DNA of 64,000 bases from the human T2T-CHM13v2.0 reference genome, Homo sapiens, in assembly GCF_009914755.1 (NCBI RefSeq), contig NC_060942.1. One strand, 5' to 3'. Of this stretch, positions 12,866 through 26,011 are shown in pieces. Numbering within the stretch: the first letter of the stretch is position 1; each line of letters starts with the position of its first letter. Below the pieces are notes generated by a model, which was given only the letters and a program-made list of their open reading frames with translations, was not told the DNA's origin and searched no databases. The position numbers were made by a program, and so were the translations under genes.

Positions 12866-13239
12866 TCTTTGCTTATATTCTACAAATTGCTTGAAATCAT
12901 GCCATATTTCATTTGGCTTCATAACTGTACCATTAATTGATTTTTTTTGGTTATTATTCTTTCTTGCATGTCTGTTACTCTTAATGAATTTTACCTTTAT
13001 CACAAGCTTAATATTGTTAGGTTCTTTATTATACACTCTATTTTATCTAGCCTGCTTATTTTCCCTGACAAAAAATAATTCTTTCAGAGCCATCCCTGTC
13101 TGGCCTCTTGCTTGAATCCCAGCACAGGAATCATCTTGGAACTTTCCTGAAGCTCCTCGGTGGGTCCCTTGTTATCTTTCTCGCTCTTGTTTTATTCCCT
13201 TACTTGTTGTAGTAGACCCTCATGTAGCTCTTTAAAATA

Positions 13240-14660
13240 TTCTACATAAAATATATTCTTTTGAGTGTGTGAGAAATAGTCTCCATTCTGCCTTTACAGA
13301 CAATTGATACCTGAGCTTATTATAGAATCTAGGTTGACAAGTATTTTCCCCTTAGAACATCGAAAGCATTATTTCATTGTTTTTTTTATTTTTTATTTTT
13401 TTACATTCAGTGTGGCTGATATGAAGTCAGATGCTAGTTAGCTGGCAAATTTGATTCCTCTTTGCAAGCTTTAGAATCTTTTTCTCTGTGATGACATGCT
13501 GTATCTAGATGTGGATCTGTTTTCTCTTTGCACTTGGTGTTTGGTAGATTTTTAATTCCGAAGACTTACACCCTACAGTTCTCAGAAAATTTCATGTATT
13601 ATTTTTTAAAAAATATTTTCTTTTCCCCTACTTACTCTATTATTTCTCTTTGGAATTCTTGGGTTGCAATCCTGGGCCTCTTGGGTTGGTCTTCTCTGTC
13701 TCTTGTAACATCTTTATTGGTGTGGGAGGCAGAGTTCCAGGATAGCCACCAAAATTCCTCCCACCCTGACTCCCTACATACGCTTTATGACTCCTTCCCC
13801 TTGAGTGTGAGTGGGGCCTGCAAATAGATGGGATAATAGATGAGATAACTCCCTTGATTAGGTTACTTTACAGGGTAAAGGTGATAGCATTGTCACATTT
13901 AGTGATTATTTTTACATTATATAAGACGCCTTCCTGGCAGCCTGTGGACAGATTCTGGCTTTGAGGGAATGTGTCGTCCCATTCTGAGACAGCCATGTAG
14001 ATAGAACTGGAGGCCTCTAGTAGCTGGGAATGATCCATGGCCAATAGCCGGGAAAGATCCATGGCCAATAGTCAACAAGAAAACTGGGAGCTCCGTCCTA
14101 CAACCACAAGAACCTGCATACTGCCAACAACCCAAATGAACTTGAAGGAATACCCACAGCCTAGATGAGAACACAGCTGAGCTGAAACTTTGATTTTAGA
14201 CTTATGCAACCTTGAGCAGAGAAGCCAGAGGTATAATGCCTGGACTTCTGGTCTACAGAAACTGTGAGATAATAAATTAATGTTGTTTTAAGCCATATGT
14301 TTGTGATAATTTGTTACACAGCAATAAGAAACCAATACACTTTGTATTTTTGCTCTTTATTCGGTGAGTTTTATTAAATGATATTTTTCAGTCTTTTTGT
14401 AGTTTATTTTCTTAGAAATCCTCTTTTTAATCTTGGAAAGCATCTTGTTCTGTGCTTTTTTTCTTTTTCACAGAATCCTGTCTATTTTTAAGGTTGTACT
14501 ACTTCTATAATCACTCTGAACATACTGAAGTTGTTTTAAAGTTCTCTCAGTATCCTTAATTATCTCTGCTTTTCAAGGGTCATTTTGCAGTTTGATATTT
14601 CTCTTTCATGTAGTTAGGTTTCCTAATATATCTGGTAATGCTTGGTTTTCAGGTTACATT
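13240..14660 (-). mobile_element. Highly decayed L1M/L1ME antisense fragments (interrupted by MLT1E)
   Basis: 'tatagaatctaggttgacaagtattttccc', 'gaagtcagatgctag', 'tatctagatgtggatct', 'ttctcagaaaatttcatg' typical of old L1 antisense; boundaries approximate. Confidence 0.5.
13721..14339 (+). mobile_element. MLT1E-type MaLR solo LTR
   Basis: TG start 'tgtgggaggcagagttcc', 'ccccttgagtgtgagtgggg', end 'ttgttacacagcaataagaaaccaataca'. Confidence 0.85.
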
Positions 14661-15349
14661 TTCTAAAGGAGCGGGTTGCTAACGAGGGTTTCCTTTGCTG
14701 TGGCAGAAGTGCCTTTTCTAGCACTTCCTTACGGTCTCTTCAACATCTCTCTTGAGCAAGAATTCTGAAGGGGAATCCCATGTAGGTCGGGCAGACTATG
14801 CTGGTGGATTGGCTCTACTTTTACACTGAAGCTACGGTGAGCCCACTGGTCCTCTTGTTGTTGGAACTCATACTGGTTGAAAGAGAAGGGCTCTACTTCA
14901 GGGAAGTGTTGATGTTCACACCAGCTTCCCCAAACTGCTCAATTTTGGTAGAGATCATTTTCAGCCTGAATTTAAGTGACAGATGCCTGTGCTTTGCATC
15001 CAGCTGAGTATGAGTTGGAGAGGGATGGTGATGGGGATGACTACTTTTGCTATTGTCCCATACACAAACTTTATTTGTCCTCCCTTTCTTCTCCCCTACT
15101 TTCCTCCTTTTCTCCCTCACTTCCTCTCTCGCTCTTTCTCTTGACTTCAGTTCATTGCACAAAATTATTGGTTTTTGTGTAACTTTCTTTTGTTTCATTT
15201 AATTTAATGTTTCCCCCTTTGTTCTACTTATATTTTAATCTTTTCTACAGATACTCATTCTAATGTATTTGATAGATGTATTTATATATGCACCTGTCCT
15301 TTTTTACCAAGTTTGTTGAGGTATAATAGGTAAATAAAACTGTATATTT

Positions 15350-15648
15350 GTTTGTTTGTTTTTGGTTTTTTGAGACAGTGTGTTGCTCTATCACCCAGGC
15401 TGATCTGCAGTGATGCGATCTTGGCTCACTGCAACCTCCCTGGTTCAAGCGATTCTCATGCCCCAGCCTCCCAAGTAGCTGGGATTACAGGTGCCCCTTA
15501 CCACACCCGGCTAATTTTTATATTATTTAGTAGAGATGGGGTTTTGCCATGTTGGCCAGGCTGGTCTTGAACTCCTGGCCTCAAGTGATCTGCCTGCATT
15601 GACCTCCCAAATTGCTGGGATTACAGGTGTGAGCCACTGCACCTGGCC
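15350..15648 (-). mobile_element. Alu (older S/J-type)
   Basis: Antisense dimer; degenerate TSD aa(c/t)tgtatat on both sides. Confidence 0.92.
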
Positions 15649-15749
15649 AAATTGTATATGTTTAAAGTCTACAACATGGTGTTTTGTTAAACATATACAT
15701 TGTGAAATGATTACCACAATGAAGATAATTAACATGTCCATCACCTAAC

Positions 15750-16105
15750 TAATATGGTTTGGCTGTGTCCCCACCCAAATCTCACCTTGAAGTGTAATAA
15801 TCTCCAGGTGTCAAGGGCGGGGTCAGGTGGAGATAATTGAGTCATGGGGGTGGTTTCCCCCATGCTCTACTCCTGGTAGTGAATAAATCTCACGAGACCT
15901 GATGGTTTTATAAGTGGGAGTTCCCCTGCACAAGCTCTCTGGCCTGCTACCATGTAAGATGTCCCTTTGCTTCTCCTTTGCCTTCCACTATGATTGTGAG
16001 GCTTCCCCAGTCAAGTGAAACTATGAGGCCATTAAATCTCTTTCCTTTATAAATTACCCAGTCTTGAGTATGTCTTTATTAGCAGTGTGAGGACAGACTA
16101 ATACA
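15750..16105 (+). mobile_element. THE1D-like MaLR solo LTR
   Basis: 't(a)atatggtttggctgtgtccccacccaaatctcacc...gactaataca'; flanking cctaac at 15744-15749 and 16106-16111. Confidence 0.92.
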
Positions 16106-16499
16106 CCTAACATAGTGACCACTTTTTTGTGGTGAGAATATTTAAGATTTACTCTCTTAGCAAATGCTAAAAATATAATAATATAGTATTAATTATAGTC
16201 ACCATGCTGTACATTAGAGCTTCAGAAGTTATTCATCCTGCATAACTGAATGTTTATAGCCTTTGACCAACACTTCCTCATCCCCCCAACCTCCAGCTCC
16301 TGGTAACCACTTTTTAAATTCTCTACTTTGATAAGTTTGACTTTTATAGTTTCTACATATAAATGAGAAAGTGCAGTATTTGTCTTTCTGTGCCTGGCTT
16401 ATTTCATGTAGCATAATGTTCTCCAGGTTCCTCCATGTTGTCAGAAATGGCAGGATTTCCTTATTTTTTAAGACTGAATAATATTCCATTATATAAAGG

Positions 16500-16746
16500 A
16501 GTCTTATATAATGTAGTGTGTTTGTATATATATATGTATAAATGAAGTGTGTGTGTATATGTATGTGTGTATATATATACACATATATTATATATATAAT
16601 TGTATAATTATATAATAAAAATAGATGAAGAAATTGAAGTGTGTGTATATGTATGTGTGGGTATATATATACACACATATACATACACATACATATACAC
16701 ACACTTCATTTTCTTCATCTATTTTTATTTATTATATAATGGAATA

Positions 16747-16786
<40 letters not shown>
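16500..16786. repeat. Compound (TA/TG/CA) low-complexity tract with a quasi-palindrome and terminal (TG)n
   Basis: Direct reading; (TG)n at ~16752-16786. Confidence 0.9.
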
Positions 16787-16788
<2 letters not shown>

Positions 16789-17312
16789 CTTATCCTTGAA
16801 CAATGCAGGGGTTAGGAGGGGTACTATCACTCTTTGCACTGAAAATCTACCCATAACTTTCAATTTCCCAAAAACTTAGCTACTAATAGCCTGCTATTGA
16901 CCAGAAGCCTTACTGGTTTGACATAAAACCTTACTGGTTTGATGACACACACAATAGATGAACACATATTTTGTATGCTATATGTATTATATGCTGTATT
17001 CTTACAATAAACTAAACTATAGAAAAGAAAATATTATTAAGAAAATCATGAGGAAGAGGAAATATATTTACTACTCATTAAGTGGAAGAGGATCATCATA
17101 AAGGTCTTCATCCTTGTCATCTTCACATTGAGTAGGCTGAGGAGGAAGAGGAAAGATTGGTCTTCCTGACTCACGGGTGGCGGAGGTGGAAGAAGTGGAG
17201 GAAGGGAAAGGCAGGCAGGAGAGGCAGGCATACTCAATTTAATTCTTATAAGAAAAAACTTGGGTAATAAGAAGACCTGTGCATTTCAAACTCATGTTGT
17301 TTATGATCAACT
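16787..17312. mobile_element. TcMar-Tigger MITE (MER82-like)
   Basis: Degenerate TIRs 'ccttgaacaatgc' / 'catgttgtttatgatcaact'; 'cccaaaaacttagctactaatagcct', 'gaggcaggcatactc'. Confidence 0.75.
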
Positions 17313-17529
17313 AAATACATACATGCACACACTACAATTTCTTTATCCATTTTTAATAAATGATATTTTCGTGTATATGTATTATTAATTTGCATTTATT
17401 ATACTGAAGATCTTATTTTCTTTCTTGTTCATTCAATATTCTGATCTTAATGTGTTGCTATGTCTATATAATTTTCTATATAAAAAATCTTCTCATACAG
17501 AATTTAGGCTTAGTGTTATAGGCAGAGAT

Positions 17530-17762
17530 AGGTGTCACAGAGAAGAGAGATATTGCCTTAAATTGAGACATCGTCTGACTAGAGCCAAGAGGTAGAATAA
17601 CACTAAATCCTGAAAACCCAGCTTGAGCCCTGGATCTAGCCAGGCTTAGAGAGATCTGCAACTGTACTTTTCAGTTATTTGAACTAATATATTCTCCTTT
17701 TGCTTAATACAGGTTGGGTTGTATTTCTGTCATGTACACCATGAAGAGTCCTGGCAAAACAT
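17530..17762 (+). mobile_element. MLT1K/L-like LTR 3' fragment
   Basis: 'ttgagccctggatctagcca', 'acttttcagttatttgaactaata', 'ttgggttgtatttctgtca...agagtcctg'. Confidence 0.55.
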
Positions 17763-18360
17763 GTCCCAAATCTAATATAACACATACATAAAGAAACCAA
17801 ATGTACCTCTGGGCTTCATATGATACACAACACACTGTTGTTTTACCTTAATTGCTAAGTAAAGATGTTAATCTTGTATTGTCTACCTTTTATGTTGTTA
17901 TTTATGTTGTTCCTGGTAAGCATTATGTTAATCTATTCTTAAACAATTTAAAATGGTTTTAAGATATATTGTCAAATGTGTATATGCATATGTTCCACAA
18001 TGCTGCTAGAGGATTAAATGTGTTTCTCATTTGTAGTTATCTTCTTAATGCATGGATAAGATTGAGGTTTTGTATTATCGGCATTTAGCATATTGCTTTT
18101 CTTTAAAATCTGGTCACTACTCTAAACAAAATGACCATGTAATAATCTTTAAAGTAAAAGTTAATCTTTGATTTCATTTGCGCATATATTGCCAAGGGAC
18201 ATCTGTGATCTTTAGGAAATAGAAGGTAGTGTTGCTTTAGTAAATGTCATTCTTTCTGCAGGTCTGTCTTGAATTCATTTTCTCTCCATTGTGCTCTATG
18301 TAATTAGAGGTTTTGTCTTTCAGAAAAAAGGAATGTTTGTTTTTGTTTTTGTTTTTTTTT

Positions 18361-19900
18361 CAAGATGGCAGATTAAAGGCTTTCAGCATGCCTCAGCCAC
18401 TTGGAAATAGCAAGATAGTGCATAAAAATAAACTCTGTGAGCTTTAACTCAAGAAGAAAAAGGGAATCTACTGGAATTGTAAAGGACACTCCTGATCCCA
18501 GACAGGATGCTGGCAAACAGCCCCCATGATGATGTACAGTTGATAAAACTGAGTGAAGCCCCAGTCTATGAAGGAGACAGAAGGCCTCCCTCTGTGACTC
18601 ACCTTTCCACTGGCGATCTGAGCAACCCAGGCTGAGGGACAGCAGTTTGTTTATCTCAAGCCCTGGGACTAACCTGGGGAGAGGCTTGAGATGCTGTGAG
18701 GGAAAGACATCGGGAAAACCTGCAGACATTCTCCCAGACCAGGGACTGAGACCAGGATGCCAGTTTTAATCTGGCCTACTGAAATTCATTTTGATCTGGC
18801 AGTGTGGCTGTGTACACATTTTAATCTCCAGCCCAAGACTGGAACACCTGCTCTGGAGTGGGACTGCCACAGCCAGAATGGTGGAAAGCACTTCAGCAGC
18901 AGGCAATGGAATTGTGTTCTCCCCCATCGCAGACCTGGGGTGGAAGGAGAGCTGCTACAAGTGCATTTTCTTCTGGGTGGCCAGACTCACACCCAGGGTC
19001 AGCTTGGCTACTTGGAATTGATCTGCATGTGCCATTGCTGGGTGCCCAGCCTGCTCCCCTGAAAGCATGGTGCAACAGGGCATAGATCACGGTGGACATA
19101 GATCTTGGTGCAGTGGGGCTCTCTCTGCTCCATGACCAGGCAGATCTCCAGGCATTTGAAGCACCTGCTTGCCTAATTCAGCAGCCTGAGCCATGCCACA
19201 TTTCCTGTGCAGAGATCTTGGTGCAAGGGCACTCTCTCTGTTCCATACCCAGGCAGATTTCCAGGCATCTGGAGCATTCCCTCTCTTGATCTAAGAGTTT
19301 AGCCCACCCGCCCCCCTCCCTGTGTGGAGAACTTAGAACTGAGGAGCTTTCTCAGCTCTGTACCTAGGTACGCACCTGGGTACTCAGTGGTTGCTCACTG
19401 GATTCTCCCTTGGCATTGGTGCTTGTGCCTGCCATCAGGGGACCTGCAGGGGGACCTGCCCAGTTTGGCCTGCCTGCCCTTTGTGCCTCCCCAACCCACC
19501 TCACCCCACCTGGGACTGAGCAGGGAGTTCAGACCACTGTGCATTCCACAAATTAACCCATTGTCAGAGGCAACAGAGAGCTTCTGCCAGTAAACAAGGA
19601 TTAAGCACATATCCAGCCATGCTGGCCGCAGCCAGCTCTTACCTATGGGTTGGTAGGTGAAATCGCACAGCCCAATATGAAACCTGCAAAAGAAATGCAT
19701 AGGACTATAGAAAGAAAGCCAAAAGACCCTTCCCAGCATTCAGTAGAGTCACACCCCTAGAGAGAATGGAAAAGGGGAAAGGGAAATAAAAAAATAATAA
19801 TATTATAGAGAAAGAAAAAATCCAACTCGCAGGAAAATAATTACAAAAATTAGAAGTGCCAGAGTCTTCAGATAAGACAAAACCAGCATAAGATTTCCCA
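18361..19900 (+). mobile_element. Isolated LINE-1 5'UTR (older primate L1P4 / L1PA13-16 type) ending at the start of ORF1
   Basis: Begins 'caagatggc' (YY1-type L1 start); GC-richer body with internal ~113-bp repeats (19100-19160 / 19213-19272); ends 'cagataagacaaaaccagcataagattt', resembling the ORF1 start. Confidence 0.7.
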
Positions 19901-20512
19901 CAGGTATAGCTAGTATATTTAATATATCATTTGATTGTGCAAAAAAACTTCAGAATTTGCCTATATTCGGTATGACAGATCATTATTATTATTTAATGTA
20001 ATTACAGTCTGTCCTTTGCCCAACCACTATTATATTGCTTTCTGTTATCTTGGATCTTAAATACAGTCTCTTTTCATATTGGCATACTAATATTTTTCAG
20101 TTTATATGCTCTGTCATATAATATTCTGAAATAAAACTTATCACGGCAATTCTGCATAAGGATTGGTCAGTGTGGTGGCTGTAATTCTGCAAACCTGCTA
20201 CTTATTACCTTGGAACATCTCCAGTGGGGAGCAGGGGCAATGCAGGTCACAGTGCTTACTGATCCTATTGTCCCTTGATCTTCTAGGTTTTCTCACTGTT
20301 CTCTAGTCTCACTGTAGAAAGACTTGATCGCATATTGAAATTGACTGTCTATGGCAAGTGTCAAAAAATATAAAAATAATATCATAGCTTCCTTTGTACC
20401 TCAAACTAAGTAGCTTCATATTCCTTTGCTCATGCAACCCAATCATATTTGGGAAGCTGCAGATGAAAAGCATACTGACTTTTTCCTTTAATTTTTAGTG
20501 AATTCAGATATA

Positions 20513-22275
20513 CAGTCATGCATTGCTTAATGGTGGGGATATATTCTGAGAAACGCGTTAGACTATTTTGTTGTTTTATGAATATCACAGAATGTACTTA
20601 CAAAAACTTAGACGGTGTTGCTTACTAAACATGTAGGCTATATATGGTATGGCCTATTGCTCCTAGGCTACAAACCTGTACAGCATGTTACTGTGCAGGA
20701 TTCTGTAGGCAATTGTAACACTATCATAAGTATGTGTGTACCTAAATATATCTAAACATAGAAAAGGTACAGTAAAAATATGGTATGAAACATAAAAAAT
20801 GGTATACATATATAGGACACTGTGATAGTATTAAGTGTCAACTTGATTGGATTGAAGGATGCAAAGTATTGTTTCTGGGTATGTCTCTGAGGGTGTTGCC
20901 AGAGGAGATTGACATTTGAGTCAGTGGACTGGGAGAGGCAGACCCACCCTCAATCTGGGTGGGCATCATCCAATCGGCTGCCAGCATGGGTAGAAAAAGC
21001 AGGCAGAGGAAGATGGAAAGTGCAGACTTGCTGAGTCTTCCAACCTCATCTTTCTCCGGTGCTGGATGCTTCCTGCCCTCGAACATAAGACTCCAAGTTC
21101 TTCTGCTTTTGAACTCTTGGATTTACACCACTGATTTGCCAGGGGCTGTCAAGCCTTTGGCCAAAGACTGAAGCCTACACTGTTGGCTTCTCTACTTTTG
21201 AGGTTTTGGGACTCTGAATGAACTACTACTGGTTTCCTTGCATCTAAGTTTTCAGACGGCCTATTGTGGGACTTCACCTTGTGATCACGTGAGTCAGTTC
21301 TCCTTAATAAACTCCCTTTCAGATATACATATATCCTACTAGTTGTGTTGCCCTAGAGAACCTTGAGTAATACAAACATTTAACATAAACGGAGCTTGTA
21401 GAAGTGGAAGTTGTTCTGGTGAGTCAGTGATTGAGTGGTGAGTAAACGTGAAGGCCTAGGGCTTTACTGTACACCACTGTAGCCTTTATAAACACTGTAC
21501 GCTTAGGCTACACTAAATTTATAAAAAACATTTTTCCTTCAACAATAAATTAACCTTAGCTTACTGTAACTTTTCTGCTTTATAAACTTTAATTTGTAAA
21601 ACTCTTAAAATTTTTGTGATGCTATTTAGCTTAAAACACTAACACATTGCACACTGCGCAAAAACATTTTCTTTATCTTTCTTCTATAAACACTTGTCCA
21701 TTTTTTCAATTTTTATTTCTTTTTTTTTTTTTACATTTTAATTTTCTCTGTCAAAAACTAAGACATAAACCCACACAATAGCCTAGGCCTACAAAGGATC
21801 AGGATAATCAATTTCACTGTCTTCCACCTCAACATCTTGTCCCAGTGGAAGGTCTTCAGGGGCAGTAACATGCCTGGAGCTATTATCTATGATAACAATG
21901 TCTTCTGGAATACCTCCTGAAGGATCTGCCTCAGCCTGTTTTATAGTTAACTTTAAAAAAAAGTAGATGGCGTATACTCTAAAATAACAATAAAAGCATA
22001 GTATAGTAAATACACAAACCAGTAAATAGTCATTTATTATCATTATCAAGTATAATATACAGTACATGATGGTAATGTGCTTTATGATTGGAAGTGCAAT
22101 ATGTTTGTTTACATCAACATCACCATAAACATGTGAGCAATGCATTGCACTGTGATATTACAATGGCTATGATGTCACAAGGCAATAGAAATGTTTCAGC
22201 TCTATTATAATGCTAAGACATCACTGTCATATCTGTGTGCCATCGTTGATTGAAACGTTGTGCTGTGCAAGACTG
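20513..22275. mobile_element. Tigger3b (Golem) non-autonomous DNA transposon, interrupted by MLT2A
   Basis: TA|cagtcatgc ... gactg|TA termini; 'ctcctaggctacaaacctgtacagcatgttactgt', 'cccagtggaaggtcttcaggggcagtaac'. Confidence 0.9.
20821..21374 (+). mobile_element. MLT2A (A2-like) HERV-L solo LTR
   Basis: 'tgtgatag..gtgtcaacttgattggattgaaggatgcaaagtattg...ccctagagaacc..taataca'. Confidence 0.92.
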
Positions 22276-22460
22276 TAGTATGTTTGCTGTTTCTCTTCAA
22301 GAAGAAGGAGGCATACACTATCTTTTAAATTAATGTTGCTGTTCTGATTAGATACAGATTTGTGCTCATCATTATTGAGGATTTTTTCATCCTTTAGAAA
22401 AATTACAATTCAGAAAGGATGAGCATGAGAGAGGCAACACGGAGAATGGAAGTAGGCTGA

Positions 22461-22777
<317 letters not shown>

Positions 22778-23480
22778 GGCTGAGTGATTCTTACCTCCAA
22801 TCAGCACCTTCTACTTGATTCTTTGAATTCTTTTCTCATAGTATGCAACCTTTCTTTATCAAGGTGAGATAAAGGTCTCCAGGAGGGAAATCAAAAAATG
22901 CTGCTACTACTTGGTTCTCTTGTGGCAGCACTGGGCCCCTTTCACCATCATTTTATGAGTTTATGATTTTTTACATTATTTTTACCTGCTACTTTTGCCT
23001 AAAAATTTTCTCCCTTTGACCTAGTTGAAATCCGATCCATATCTGAGTCCATGTTAACGTGCATCTTCCCTATAAAGATGTCTCTGACCGTAGAAGTCAA
23101 TATGGGTCTCAATTATGAATCAACCAGATTAGTATTAAATTTTCCTCAATTGTTCATGTGTTGTTGGTTTAGCATATGAGCTCCAGAAAAATAAGAAAGT
23201 TATTCTTTACTTCTGTCAGCACCTCACAAACACTGAACTGCATAGCTTCTTAATATGGATTGAGTTCTTAGAATTTTAAACATTTTTGTTCTGAATATAT
23301 AATATTATGAAGGAGAAAAACATGTCAGTTCTCTGCATTTCAGTGGAGAGAAAAATTGAGCTTCAGAGACCACCAATGTTTAATGACATTTACAAATGTT
23401 GAGGCCAATGGGTGTTTGTCTAAGTTTTAGCTCATTATGTTTGCTGAGTTTTGTAACTGATTTATAATATCAGTAGACTT

Positions 23481-23790
23481 AAACCATAATTCTCTGCAAA
23501 CTAACACAGGAACAGAAAACCAAACATGGCATGTTCTCACCCATAAGTGGGAGTTGAACAATGAGAACACATGGACACAGGGAGGGAAACATCACACACC
23601 GGAGCCTGTCAGGGGGTGGGGGGCTAGGGGAGGGATAGCATTAGGGGAAATGCCTAATGTAGATGACTGGTTGATGGGTGCAGCAAACCACCATGACACA
23701 TGTATACCTATGTAAAAAACCTACATGTTCTGCACATGTATCCCAGAACTTAAAGTATAATAATAATAATAATTAAATAAATAAAAATTA
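23481..23790 (+). mobile_element. Short L1PA7/8-like 3' end
   Basis: 'gagttgaacaatgagaacacatggacacagggaggg...cccagaacttaaagtataataa' plus A-rich tail. Confidence 0.92.
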
Positions 23791-25686
23791 CACCACCATG
23801 TTGGTACAACATAAAAATATTTGGTTAGCTACTTTTAGTTAAATGACCAATTAAAATTCTTAAGCCTCTTGTTTCTTTGTAAATAGCAAAATCATGGTAC
23901 TTGGCTCATTTTATTTTCACTTTTAGTGTGCTGTAAAACAGCACTATCTCCTAAAAGGAGATAGTCAACTGTTATGTCACTTGCCTTAGTTTGTATATTA
24001 AAAGATAACTGGCCTAACCATTTCTCAGTATGAAATGTAGTTTACTTTGCTTAGGAGTTTGAGAAGGCTATACCCATTTATCAAAGTTCAGTAACTTTTA
24101 TTATCATCTAAATATGCTTAGAATGTATTTCTTATGGTTGAAAATACGTTTTAAGCATTTTTCTCATAGTGGAGTTAGCATTATGTTGCACTATCATTTG
24201 AAATCAAATTTGTTTTTGGAAAAATGAATGCTGTTGGAAGATATAGTTTTCCTTGATATCTGTTAACTCTATCAGGCAATGCAGTGTAATGGAAATGGCA
24301 GCAAGGTGTTGGTGTTAGACAGATCTGCATGTGAATGGCCAACAGATTAACCACTTGGCCTCTTGTTGATTCCTGAACTTTTGTTTGTCTTGGCCTCTGG
24401 TACTGTTAACATGTGGCCTCATCCTACTGACTGTCTCTTTGGGTGTTTACCCTTTTGACCATCTATTCCTTGCTAAAGTCCATGACTTGAAGCAACCATT
24501 TTTTGCTCATAATATTTTTCTGGGAACTTGAATTAAGCCTGCTAAAGCTTTGTCCTGTACTCTTTGGCTTATAATCAGGCTAAAAAATGTTGATGTGGAA
24601 AGGTTAGCAATGTGCTAAAAAAATTAAGTTAAAGTATTTATATTAAAGTATTAAAGTATTTATATGATATAAACATTATTTTAGGTGGAAACAACATGAC
24701 TCAGACTAAAATTTTCATGCTCTGGAAGTGCTTTATTTCCTTTCACATTTTTAAAAGTTAATTTCAGATCACAGTGGTGCTCCCAAGTATAATTTGAAAT
24801 GTTTGAAGTCATATCCATAATAGCTGGCAGTCTGATATATAAGAAAAATCAGTAGGACCTCACAAAAATGCTATTCTTAGTCAAAATAACAGATATCACA
24901 TTTATGAGACTTAATAAAAAAGTAGATAGATTGGATAGCAAAATAAAGTAATGGTGTTTAAGGAAGCCTCTCAAGTGAGCTAATACATGCATCTCATTAT
25001 GATCCCTGTCTGCTTTAGAATGTTGGACGCAAGGACAGGCATTGGATGCATTGCAATTAATTCAATAACAATAAATGAAAGGAAAAATTGATATATTTCT
25101 TACAGTGGTCATTAGGCCTCTTTGATAAAACACACTTACAGGAAGCTACCTGGCATGTTGTCTCTCGACCTCTCTATCTGTGCACAGGGTTTACATTAAG
25201 AATAAGGCAAAGAAGGCCTTATGATACAGAAAGTTATATAGAAAGATAAAGACAGAAAATTACAACTCAGATAAAATAATATTTTAGCAGCTTAATACTT
25301 TCAAAAGAATGAGAAAAAGTGATTGAAGATAGTCCTCGAGGCTGTTATTTTTATTTAGTTTATCCTCGTCTTATGCACAGGCTTTGGAAGAAATTCATTT
25401 TGACATGTTTAAGAGCATGATATAAAATACTGACTGTAGTGTTTACTGCTTAGATAAGTCAACAAACTATGGCACTTTTTACTTTTTCACATTGCCTAAG
25501 TAAATTGTTGTGTAGTTGATAAAATAATAAAATAATAACTTGGTATAGGGATATTTCTCTGAAGGATGAATCAATCACCTCATGTTGAACATCTGTGCCA
25601 GCAATGTATTTTTATTGCAGTTTTGAAAAAATAATATATTTTAGAAAGAATGTAACAAAATACAGAATATAGTTCTCAGATATATG

Positions 25687-26011
25687 CAGTCATATGTCAC
25701 TTAAAGACAAGGCTATATTCTGAGAAATGCATTGTTAGGCAATTGTGCTATTGTGTGAACATCATAAAGTGTACTTACACATACCTAAATAGTATAGCCT
25801 CTATACAACTAGGCTGTATTTTAGCCTATTGATCTTAGACTGCAAACTTGTGCAGCACGTTATTGGACTGAATACTGTAGGCAATTGTAGCATAATGGCT
25901 GTGATGTCACTAGGCAATAGGAATTTTTCAGCTCCATTATAATATTATGGGACCACTGTCATATACATGATCTGTCATTGATCAAAATGTCATTAATGTG
26001 TCACGTGACTG
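25687..26011. mobile_element. Tigger3a-like (Golem) MITE
   Basis: 'cagtcatatgtcacttaa...ttctgagaaatgcattgttaggcaatt' ... 'cacgtgactg|ta'. Confidence 0.85.

Larger units (their letters stand above)
15305..16495 (-). mobile_element. L1MA-type 3' end (antisense), host to an Alu, THE1D and MER82; last fragment near 17325-17350
   Basis: 'ttgaggtataat', 'cattgtgaaatgattaccacaat', 'tagtcaccatgctgtacattag', 'tgtgcctggcttatttca'. Confidence 0.85.

Noticed and set aside
14021-14068. 24-bp tandem duplication
   Set aside because: Lies in a part of MLT1E-type LTRs that I recall as intrinsically repetitive; not distinctive.
16229-16879. His/Tyr/Val/Cys-rich ORFs (also 50220-50456)
   Set aside because: Translations of TA/CA/TG microsatellites joined to L1 remnants.
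18373-19739. Cluster of overlapping ORFs and ~113-bp internal repeats
   Set aside because: Explained by the higher GC content and internal repeats of an old L1 5'UTR.
21789-22145. 118-aa ORF with acidic C-terminus
   Set aside because: Decayed Tigger3 transposase tail in a non-autonomous element.
23611-23634. G-quadruplex-like G-run cluster
   Set aside because: Standard L1PA 3'UTR G-rich tract.
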